Shown here piece after piece: positions 13,631 to 24,350 of a stretch of 64,000 nt of DNA. The DNA is taken from contig NC_043019.1 in the NCBI RefSeq assembly GCF_006345805.1, positions 6,571,360 through 6,635,359 of the forward strand. The letters are read 5' to 3'. The notes under the pieces were generated by a model that searched no databases, was not told the origin of the DNA, and saw only the letters and a program-made list of their open reading frames with translations. This DNA is from Octopus sinensis. Its lineage: Eukaryota. Numbering within the stretch: position 1 is the stretch's first letter; each line of letters opens with the position of its first letter. A program made the position numbers and the translations under genes.

Positions 13631-13668
<38 letters not shown>

Positions 13669-14205
13669 GAGTGAGAGAGCAGTTCATGCCATCAAAGTGA
13701 CACTGGGGTAAAATATACGAAGCCCAATATACCCATCATGACTACCCGTCTGATAAAGGTACACCAGGCACATGCATCACAACCATATGTGCGCGACATG
13801 GTGATCTCATATCAAGATAAACAGCACATGACCTTGCAGGTGGGGCCCAGTTAGAATTTTCTTCAGGTCGAGTAGCCCATCCCGCTCAAACGGTCCCTGA
13901 ATAAGGGTTGTTTAAGGATGTTGAAAGAACCACCCATGTTTCCAGAGGCGAACTATTCAAACCCCAAAGAATCCCTCTCAACACATGGCTATGATGCTCC
14001 CCCACTACTTCTGCTCGTGATCAGAGATGCACATATCGTCAGCCACTAAGGGACATGCTCAACTGGTTAAGGTCAAACAACTGACAAGCAAATCTGTGGT
14101 ATTGAGCAGAATATTTGCTGTAGCCCATCTTTTATACCAAGACAAAACACTGTACATGATAACACTTCCAATCAGTTAAGATCAGAAGCCATGAGAGCCA
14201 CTGCC
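13669..14205 (-). mobile_element. ~550-bp TAA-flanked non-coding retroposon-like element, copy 1
   Basis: Closely similar to 18826-19330 and 55435-55986; sense 3' end ctctctcactc(aat)n; (TAA)n on both sides. Confidence 0.85.
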
Positions 14206-14241
<36 letters not shown>

Positions 14242-14536
14242 CATTTCCAGCGAGATCCACGGCTCATTTCCATGTCGCGATCCATAGCTCATTTCCAGCG
14301 ATCTCGATTTTTCATCAACTAAGTGGATGTGGAATCTTCAGTGAAAGAGTTCTCCGCCTCGAAGGGCTAGATTTGGTATCAGTGTGGGATCAAAGAACTG
14401 GCAGAATGGCAGCTTCAGATGGGGCAACACGATGGCCTCTACTTTGAATGCTAACCTGCTTTTATTGTAACTTGTCTAATAAAGAAAATAATTTATCAAA
14501 TTATTCCAAAACTTTTGACTTAGACACGATATTAAT

Positions 14537-14800
14537 TATTTTTATTTTCCTAAAATTTTCGTTGCGTCTTGCAATCTTTTCAATAATCTTGACTATAGTC
14601 AAAACTATTGAAAAGGTTGCAAGACGCAACGAAAATTTTAGGAAAATAAAAATAAGAAATAAGTGGAAATTTTACCGGTGAGTGTGTTAAATTATAAGGC
14701 ACAAAAAGTAAATGACTCTCCCCAGAAACAACAGAATATGCTTCAACACACGAACTCATATAAAGAATCGTGCAAACCAAAACCAAAAACCATATTGATG
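14537..14800. mobile_element. Palindromic foldback element, copy 2, with near-perfect 118-bp core palindrome (14537-14654)
   Basis: Arms cctaaaattttcgttgcgtcttgcaatcttttcaata / tattgaaaaggttgcaagacgcaacgaaaattttagg around centre gactatagtc. Confidence 0.85.
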
Positions 14801-15338
14801 CTTAAATACAAACGTGAACTAAATAGGAATTTGAACTCAGAGAAAAAATATAACAGAACTACTATCGTAAGTTATTCTATCCAACACACCTTTTATTCTC
14901 CAACTCATCGCCTTTTCTTTGTCTTTAATGTAGTGTAATGATATACCTCGTGTAAAATTTTGCCTTAAATACAGTATAATAAAGTGCAATAGATCTGTCA
15001 TAGAAAATTGGTTCTCGAATGTAAGAAACAATGAAAAATTGTCGAGATATTTATTTAGTCAATGTGAGACGATAATAACATATTCCAATAAGCTTCAGAG
15101 CCAGCGGAATGCGTTCGGTTAGTCACGGTTGGATATATGAATGTGATACAATATAAAATATGAAGGTAACCTCATAATACAGAGCCAATAAAACACTCTC
15201 GGTTAGTCACTGCTGCAAATATAAATGTGAAATATGTGAAAAGTGTGAGATAATAATTCCGATACCATAAACTACGACTTCGGTTAGTCGCGTTAGATCA
15301 CTGAACCACTGAAGCTAAGGAAAAATAACAACGAGGCA

Positions 15339-15412
15339 TGTACGCATATGGCGCAGTGGTTAAGAGCGCGGGATACTAACCCCAAGGTTCCGAGTTCGAT
15401 TCTAGGCAGTGA

Positions 15413-15416
<4 letters not shown>
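15339..15416 (+). mobile_element. Minimal tRNA-derived SINE ending in (AAT)n
   Basis: tggcgcagtggttaagagc (A box), gagttcgattct (B box), then gcagtgacctg directly followed by (aat)n. Confidence 0.7.
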
Positions 15417-15450
<34 letters not shown>

Positions 15451-15470
15451 TAATGATAATAATAATAACA

Positions 15471-15508
<38 letters not shown>

Positions 15509-15513
15509 GATGG

Positions 15514-15850
15514 TAAGTAATGACATAAAACATTCAGCAATGAAAGAGAAGATTAGAAAAGTGTACTACAGGAGTGTACGGTTAGTAACAAAGACTGAAC
15601 TCAACGCTGCAAACAAAATAGAAGCGACTAACACTCTTGCAGTACCAATCGTAACTTACAATTTGAACATCATCAACTGACAAATGAGCGAAATAAAGAA
15701 GCGAGACTCTAAGGCCAGATAATTACTAACCATGGCCCGAATGAACCACCCAAAAGCTGATGTGAACAGGATTTATTTACCGAGAAGTATGGGAGGAAGG
15801 TGACTAACTCATTTAGAATTATCTTACAATACCACCACTGTAGGATTAAA
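15514..15850 (+). mobile_element. R4/Dong-type LINE fragment (post-RT region), with stop codons
   Basis: IKHSAMKEKIRKVYYRSVRLVTKTELNAANKIEATNTLAVP...HPKADVNRIYLPRSMGGR; homologous to the minus-strand translation at 56200-56400. Confidence 0.85.
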
Positions 15851-16254
15851 TATATATATCTTCATTAAGGAAGTGAGAGAGTCTTTTATGTTTTGAGTCT
15901 ACGCTCTTAGACAGAAAGGAACACAAAAATATAGACGGAGAGAAAATAGAAAAAGGTTTAGTGGCTAGCGATCTATCATGGCGATGTATTATATTTCAAA
16001 TAACAGATTAGCTAGGTGTAAAATACACATAAGGGAAATTAAATGCTTAAGAAGATATGTCTATCTGATGAAGTATCATTACATATCTAAACGGATTTGA
16101 TATAATTGAAAATCTTCATTTTATTAATGAAGCGGAAACAGCGGTAATTTATGGCAGGCGTCATTTGTCTGTATAAAATATTTAAAATGAATTGGATTCA
16201 TAATTGTTCAATTTATTGTTTTGTTTTCCATTTCTCATTAATGTTTATATATGT

Positions 16255-16297
<43 letters not shown>

Positions 16298-16430
16298 ATC
16301 AAAATTAGCAACAAGTATATCTTAGATAATTTGGTACAATCGTTTAATGCTACATGATTATAATCACCCCATGGATATATATATGATAATACCATCTAAA
16401 GTCTGCTGAACTTATATATATATATATTAT

Positions 16431-16494
<64 letters not shown>

Positions 16495-16631
16495 TGTATG
16501 TATGTATGTATGTATGTATAAAGTTAGATAGATAGTAGAATAAAGATAGAAAGTCCTTGATACAGTATTATATATTTCACAAAATGATTAGAAATGGCTT
16601 TTCTATTCATGTTTTCAATATATATATATAT

Positions 16632-16673
16632 ACTAGCATTAAAGACCCGTCGTTGCCGGGTCATGGTGCTAGT
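16632..16673 (+). mobile_element. Helitron/Helentron-like terminal hairpin
   Basis: actagca/tgctagt and gacccg/cgggtc nested inverted repeats after a (TA)n run; resembles ends of non-autonomous rolling-circle elements. Confidence 0.45.
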
Positions 16674-17439
16674 GCATGTATATATGTGTATATATATATG
16701 TGTACATATTACATGTATATCTATATATATACATCTACACATTAAATACAAAATACAAAGTTATATCTTGATATCGCTAGTGATAACAATACTCAAAATA
16801 TATAACAGACTGGAATTGTTAGCCCGTCTCTTGTAATTTCGATCAATTGTATCTTGTCCTCTCTCTTGTATAGAAGTGTGGCTACAATCCAGCCTATCTC
16901 TACTTCGGGGGGGGGGATTAAATTTTTTCTCCGGGACGTCCTACGTCCCAGATATAAAGATAAAAGTAAAATATTTCCACTTTGCAAGTTCGAGTCGAGT
17001 ACTCCCTTGCACGCTCCGTTGACTCGAACCTTGCTTCTATTGTGGCGAATTTACCGCCTCTGATTAGATACCTTTCATAGTCGCACCAAGACACTTTTCG
17101 AAGGTGCTTTCCTCCAGGTGTTCAAATCTTCTTTTTTCTCTACATTATATACTTTATAGACAATAGTCTTTTCTTTAATTTAATTTTTTATTATCCATCT
17201 GGACTATTCCATTTCTGCACGCTAATTTTATTTTTAATTAATTCCCATTCATGTGAAATCACTTATTCAAGTTTAAATCATTGATGCAATTTTATACCAA
17301 TTGCTATTTTTACTTTTGTTATGTTACTTTAGTTTGATTTTAATTATTACTTACTACATATAATTCAATTGTTATTATTATTTTTATTGTTAAAGTGAAA
17401 GTATCTGACATAAAATAGAGAAACGTATTTGTTTCACTT

Positions 17440-17670
17440 TTAACACGTAATACTGAAATAGTGAAGAAGATATGATATTGCTATGGGCTCGCTCTAGGCA
17501 AGAAGTTGAACATTTTTTTGCCCATGAAACTACATGGATCCTAAGTAAGGCATGTGTAAAATTTGAATGGAATTGGTTGTGTAGTTCTCAAGTTTTAGGG
17601 AAACAGACAGACAGACAGACAGACACACATTCTCAGTTTTTATGTATAAAGACATTTATATATATATACA
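17440..17670 (+). mobile_element. Helitron-like (DINE-1/Lep1-type) terminal segment
   Basis: aaatttgaatggaattggttgtgtagttctcaagttttagggaaacagacagacagacagacagacacacattctcagtttttatgtata: (GACA)n plus TA-rich end typical of such elements. Confidence 0.55.
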
Positions 17671-17833
17671 TGTCGTGATTCTTACAGTTTCCCTCTGCCA
17701 ATACATTCAAAAAGATTTTGCTCTGGTTGAAGCTACAGTAGAAAGCATCTGCGGAGGTGCCAAGCACTGGGATTGAATACGAAACCATGTGGTTGGAAAA
17801 TAAACTTCCTCCTACCACACAGCCACGCCTGCT
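17668..17833 (-). mobile_element. SINE-A head fragment
   Basis: Reverse complement aligns to 11731-11890. Confidence 0.7.
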
Positions 17834-18529
17834 CCTATATGTTTATCTATGCATGTTAGCGGACACGGCATGGTGATGTCTCACATCATATTTTATAACA
17901 TTCTATGTTTATGTTCCCTGCTCTTAGATTTTTTTTGATGATCAAACGATGACCCCTTTTCTGCTAAAAGAGGTTTTTTTTTAATTTATATTTTGTACCA
18001 CTCTTTAAGCTCTTGTACAAAATAACGCTTGTCAACGCCGGACCGGTCTGTCTCTTATTTTCCCACCTTCATATAGCAGCAACGAACCGACATTTTTGTT
18101 TTTCATTTGACAGCCATTTCTCCTATATGACGGCTAATGAACTATTCAATTATTTTCTCTTTCAGTCACATTTTAATGGTTAGTGAATGCGAGCTTCTTC
18201 ATTACAAACTGAATACATCCGTCCCTATTAAGAGGAGGTCATGACGTGACTACTTTTAGAAGAGAGACATCAAGGCTATCTAGTTATTAAGGAAAACGAA
18301 ACATAGTATTAATGAAATAAAAACGTATAATGACAGCATGAAAAAAACACGGTACTAACGAAAGCTTAATGAATCTTAGTACCGCCCAAATCTGACAAAA
18401 AAAAGGGGAAAAAAATGTCTGATTGAGAATGGAAATAAAGGGAATAAAATTTGAGAATTATGCAAACCAGAGGTGTAATAAAGGGAATAAAAAATGAAAA
18501 AAAAAAACACCAATAATCTTTGCAATTTC

Positions 18530-18572
<43 letters not shown>

Positions 18573-18668
18573 TAATAATAATAATAATAATATAATAATA
18601 ATAATAGTAATAATAATAATAATATGATAATAATAATAATAATGATAACAATAACGATAACAATAACG

Positions 18669-18728
<60 letters not shown>

Positions 18729-18816
18729 TAATAATAATAATAATAATAATAAAATAATAATAATAATAATAATATAATAATAATATAATAATAATAATAA
18801 TAGTAATAATAATAAT
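18530..18816. repeat. (AAT)n microsatellite
   Basis: Direct repeat immediately upstream of the 550-bp element copy 2. Confidence 0.97.
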
Positions 18817-18825
18817 GATGATGGC

Positions 18826-19330
18826 GATTGGAAGTGTTATCGTGTACATTGTTTTGTCTTGGTATAAAAGATGGGCTACAGCAAATATTCTGCTCAATAC
18901 CACAGATTTGCTTGTCAGTTGTTTAACCATAACCAGTTGAGCATGTTCCTTGGTGGCTGAAGATATGTGCATCTCTATTCATAAGCTGAAGTAGTGGAGG
19001 AGCATCATTGTCTTGTGTTGAGAGGAATTCTTTGGGGCTTGAATAATTCACCTCTGGAAACATGGGTGGTTCTTTCAACATCCTTAAGCAACCCTTATTC
19101 AGGGATCTTTTGAACGGGATGGGCTAATTGACCTGAAGAAATTTCTAACTGGGCCCCACCTGCAAGGACATGTGCTGTTTATCTTGATATGAAATCACCA
19201 TGTCGCGCACATATGGTTGTGATGCATGTGCCTAGTGTACTCTTATCAGACGGGTAGTCATGATGGGTATATTGGGCTTCGTATATTTTACCCCAGTGTC
19301 ACTTTGATGGCATGAACTGCTCTCTCACTC
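18826..19330 (+). mobile_element. ~550-bp TAA-flanked element, copy 2 (slightly 5'-truncated)
   Basis: Reverse complement of 13669-14175; ends ctctctcactc aataataacaataat. Confidence 0.85.
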
Positions 19331-20109
19331 AATAATAACAATAATGATGATGATGCTTTCTTTATTGGTGACAATTGTCGCCCACAAAGGAAAAAATGTA
19401 CAAAAGGGTCGGTAGGATTTTGCCTAAAACACATGTAAACAGTAAAAACAATAAGAACAATAAAAATTATAAATAATGAATTGTTCCACTGGCAGATCGC
19501 CATCCAAGGGCGAGAAACCAACTCTGAGTCACCCTTCATATATGCGCAATAGTACGTGCTTTGAATGGAAATTTGTTGGTATTTCTAGTCGAGTGGGCGA
19601 CCACAAAAGTTTGTCGCGTTCTCGTCGCCTCTCTTTAACTATATAAAATATTAATGATGTATAAAAGCGATAAATATGAGGCAGTTTAGTGGTTCGACGA
19701 GTACAAAAGAGAACGGGGAACAATAATTCCTGTAGAATGTAGTTTTATCATTGAAATCTAAATGAAGGCAGCGCCATTTAGAGCATATATTCGTACGAAA
19801 GATTGAAAATCAGAATTCGTTTTAGGGTAGAATAAAAGAAGAAATAAAAGGAAAAAAGTTCCAGCTCTTCTGGTAAATATTCACTGATACCGTTTCAAAT
19901 ATAACGGAAAGAAAAACAATCTGTGATATGATATGAATATGCATTTACATGTGTGTGCTAATAATCATGAATATTCGTATGTAAGCGTATATACGCATAT
20001 ACACGCATACCCTCATACACGCAAACACCCACCCGCACACAGGCATGCACCTAGACAGAAACACATACATATATATAGATATATATATATATATATCTCT
20101 GTGTGTGTA

Positions 20110-20168
<59 letters not shown>

Positions 20169-20171
20169 GTA

Positions 20172-20232
<61 letters not shown>

Positions 20233-20400
20233 CATCTGTATATGCATATATACATATATTAGGAGATGTACTTGCATAGCAAGTGACCTGACCTGAGATC
20301 AAGTGCAGAAACAAAAACAATTGTAGCGTGAAACGTGTTTTAAGGCATTTAAAGACACACAAAAACCGTTATATTCACTTCAACATCTAAATTTATTTAT

Positions 20401-20435
<35 letters not shown>

Positions 20436-20449
20436 CATATTCATACATG

Positions 20450-20498
<49 letters not shown>

Positions 20499-20540
20499 GT
20501 ATGCATGTATGTATGTATGTATGTATGTATGTATGTATCC

Positions 20541-20571
<31 letters not shown>

Positions 20572-21229
20572 AACCCATATATGTACAAGTCTACATATAT
20601 ATGTATATATACATGCATACATGTATACAGGACGGTAAAAACAAACGTGAACAAAATAAGAAACGGGAACATAAAAAAAACATGGAAAACGAAAATTTTT
20701 TTCGAACAACGAAAGAAAGAATTAGAGACAGGGAACATAAAATCATTTCCCTGTTTTATCTACTCCGTATTTCGAAGATAGGGACATGACGCGACTTCTT
20801 TAAGACAGTTGTTCACGCAAATGTGAAAAAAATTGGGATTTGCGTGGGGTTAAAGTGGTGAAGAAAACAGGCCAGTGAGAACAAAACAGTAAAAGAAATA
20901 GTGATGGCAGTTAAGCTACAACGGGGTGAAGTGATGAACGCTGGAGAAACGAGCTTTGAGAAAAGACAGGCAAAAATGCAAGTTTTGTCATTAGAAAGTA
21001 AGTGAAAGAAAGATAGCCGTTGCTCACATGTGAGAAACGAGAGAGTCAAGGAGGAAGAATGAGGGAAAGAGAGGGAACATTGAAGGGGAGAGGAGAAGAA
21101 TTAGTGAAAGTCAGGGAGAGGAAAATAGAGGGGAAGAAGAACAAGAGAGGAAGATGAAATAGAGATATGTTGTTGAGTGCGCCTTGGAATTATTATTATT
21201 AAAGCCTGAAATATTAGTGGAGGGGATAA

Positions 21230-21355
21230 CACAATTTCATGGTCCCCAGTGTTTCACTCGTACTTAATTTATCGACCCTGAAAGGATTAAAAACAAAGGC
21301 AACTTTTGTTGAATTTGAACTCGGAAAGTAAGGACAGAGGAAATACCGCTAAGCT
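21230..21355 (-). mobile_element. Meta/MESC-like SINE fragment
   Basis: gtacttaatttatcgaccctgaaagga...aatttgaactcgg...gaaataccgctaagc is the reverse complement of the array unit. Confidence 0.7.
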
Positions 21356-21555
21356 TCTGATTATATGTATTCAGAATAGTCAATTGAGATTGTGGCTTCT
21401 CAGTTACTCTCCACAATACTCTTCACAGTTAATCCATAATCTAATTTTCCACTCGTATGAAATCTGAGTGCAAGTAGGTTGGAGGCACTTGGCTCCCAAA
21501 GATTGTAGTTTCCAATCCTGAAGAGGACGATACGTGATCCTGTTTTTTTTCTCAG

Positions 21556-21605
21556 CTGGCAAAAATGATTAATCATGCGATGGATCGGCAGATGGAATAT
21601 ATACG
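21556..21605 (+). CDS. Candidate 50-nt internal exon (LAKMINHAMDRQMEYIR), product unknown
   Basis: Acceptor tgtttttttttctcag, donor G|GTAAGG, open frame; no homology recognised. Confidence 0.3.
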
Positions 21606-22789
21606 GTAAGGAAATCGGACCTATGAGAATATATTACTCCGAAAGGATGTTTACCTTATCCTGTATTCTAATGTGCAAGCCATTGGCTATCTACAGACAC
21701 CAGTGCCAGTTAAAATAGTTCTTGGTGAATTATTGCCTCATAGGTGACTTAAGAGCGAAAAAACAATAGCGTCATCAACAACACTTCCATCTTAAATAAC
21801 GACAACAACAACAATTAGAAGAAAATAAAACAAGAACGACAACGACGATTTGGCAATCGAAACGTTGATTCTAACAAAGTGATTAGATGTCAGAATCAGA
21901 TTTTCTTTTGTTTGTTAGAATTTTTGATGTTTTTTCTTTTTATTTTTAATTTTCATTTTAGATATTTTATTTTGCTTTGCAATAGATAATTCTATTTTAT
22001 TTCGATTCTATACAAGAAAAAAATTACCATCATAGAACTTACTAACTGTTAGAGTTTAAAATCAAAGACAACCAGAAAATAACCCTAAATATAAACAACA
22101 AATAAAAACAACAATACATAAGAATACAGATAAACAAATTAGAAAACAAAACCATACACCTATACCCCTACCCTCCAAATAGGCACACAGACACAAACAA
22201 ACTAATAAAATGAATAAAAAAAATTTTTTTGGCAAGAATTCTTTAGATTTCTAAGTGTTTTTCTTTTTATCAAATTAAATAGGCTTTTTGTCTGTTGAGA
22301 ACCAATATTTGAGCTTTCTTGCCTTAATCGATATTTGATATACTTTATAGCCTGCGTTCGTCTTTTAACGTGTGTTATTAGTTTTTATTTAGCGATGGGG
22401 CGGGAGCTTGCTGATGCTGTAATAATTGTTGTTGATGTGGTTTTTGTTGTTGAGTTGTTGTTGATGTTGCTGTTGTTGTGAGACCTCACTTCAGTGCTGA
22501 TCGATCAAACTTTTATGTTCAAAGTCTTTCTAATGATGACCACCCCGTCCTTCCTTTTTCTTTTTTCTTTTGTTTTGTATATATATACTGGTAGCAACGT
22601 CTTGGGAAGAAAAAAGGAAATTGAAGACAATAAATGAACAGACCAAACTATGAGAAACTTAAAGGATTTCCCAAAAGAAAAAGGGCGGATGTGCACAATA
22701 CTTCCGGCGGAAATGGGGCGTGGGGTTCTTCATAAAACAGTCGACTAACATTCAATGAATTCTGAGTGTAATACATACTACAGTGCCGT

Positions 22790-23129
22790 TTTCCTCTTCG
22801 TCAAGCTCCTTCCTCTCCTCCTCCCATCCTTCGTTCCCCTCCTCCTCCTCCTTCTCCCCCTACTCTGCCCTTCCACCCCTCCCTCCTCCCTTCTTCTTCT
22901 TCTTCTTCTTCTTCTTCTTTCTTCTTCTTCATCTTCTTCTTCTCTTCTTCATCTTCTTCTTTTTCTTCTTCTTCTTCTTCTTCTTCTTCTTCTACTTCTT
23001 CTTCGTCTACTTCTTCTTATTCCATACGCAAAGCCACCTCTTTCAACCTTCTTTCCTTTATCTTCCTTATTTCTTTCTTTCTTTCTCTAGATATTTCCCC
23101 CATAATATGTGTATAAATACGCTAAAAGA

Positions 23130-23175
<46 letters not shown>
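22790..23175. repeat. (CTC/CTT)n polypyrimidine tract followed by (GA)n
   Basis: Direct inspection. Confidence 0.9.
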
Positions 23176-23493
23176 GAGACAAAAACAAAGTAAGAAAAAG
23201 GTAGAGGCATAGATAGATCGATATATAGATATAGATATATACATATTACCTCTTGGACATTGATCAGGTTATTGGGTTTGAAGTGTCTTATATCTGGTTG
23301 AAAAGAAAATATAATCGTGCCGGCCATTCACTAATAAACAAACCGATTTAACTCTATTGCGCACAGTATTCTCAATGTTACTTAACACGAACAAACACGC
23401 TACAATATATATACATATATATATATATATACATATACATACATACATATATATATGTATATATACACATATGTGTGTGTGTGTATAAGTATA

Positions 23494-23705
23494 TACTCTT
23501 TTACTCTTTTACTTGTTTCAGCCATTTGACTTCGGCCATGCTGGAACACTGCCTTTAGTCGAGCAAATCGCCCCCAGATCTTATTCTTTGTAAGCCCAGT
23601 ACTTATTCTATCGGTCTCTTCCTGCCGAACCGCTAATGTCACGGTGACGTAAACACACCACCATCGGTTGTCAAGCGATGTTGGGACGACAAGCTCACAC
23701 ACACA
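23494..23705 (-). mobile_element. SINE-A 3' half
   Basis: tactcttttactcttttacttgtttcagccatttgacttcggccatgctgg... is the reverse complement of the tail of 11731-12135. Confidence 0.85.
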
Positions 23706-23776
23706 CAAGCATCATACACGCAAACACACAAATATAAATGAATGTATGTGTGTGTGTGTACGTGGTTGCGTGTATC

Positions 23777-24350
23777 TTCTTAATCTTTTTTACCCCTTGT
23801 GGAGCATAGGGCCTCAACAGTTGTTATTCAGTTTTTGCGGTCATTGGCGTGTTTCTTGGCTGCTTCCCATGTCAGGCCGGTGGTCCTGCTTCTATGTCTG
23901 CTTCGGGCGTCCTCGCTTCCTTTTCCCCTGCGGGTTCCAGTCAAGTGCTTGTCATGTCACATTTAAGGGTTCTTTCCGCAGTGTGTCCCCGATCCATCTC
24001 CATTTCCTTCGTCTAATCTGAACATGTATGGGCTCCTGGTTAGCCCTTTCCCACAGGTCGGTGTTTGGCACTCTGACGAACCACTTTAGATGGAGGATCT
24101 GCCGGAGACATTTGTTGATGAAGGTCTGGATCTTCTTCTAGTTGCTGCAGGTGGCTCTCCATGTTTCAAAGCCATACAAAAGCACAGATTTTACGTTTGA
24201 ACTAAATAAGCGGAGTTTAGTTCGAGTTGAGATGGCAGTGGACTTCCATACCGGCCAAAGAATAGCGAGGGCTTACTAAACCTTCTTGCTTCTTGCCGTG
24301 ATGTCCTCGTCTGAGCCACCTGATTTGCTGATCTTGCTGCCAAGATAGAC
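23777..24350 (-). mobile_element. RTE-type LINE 3' fragment
   Basis: Interrupted translation YLGSKISKSGGSDEDITAR...TKLRLFSSNVKSVLLYGFETW...WRWIGHTLRK...ALDWNPQGKRKRGRPK, then ggccctatgctccacaagggg 3' end. Confidence 0.88.

Noticed and set aside
18376-18972. 198-aa minus-strand ORF
   Set aside because: Antisense read-through of the 550-bp element plus the (AAT)n tract.
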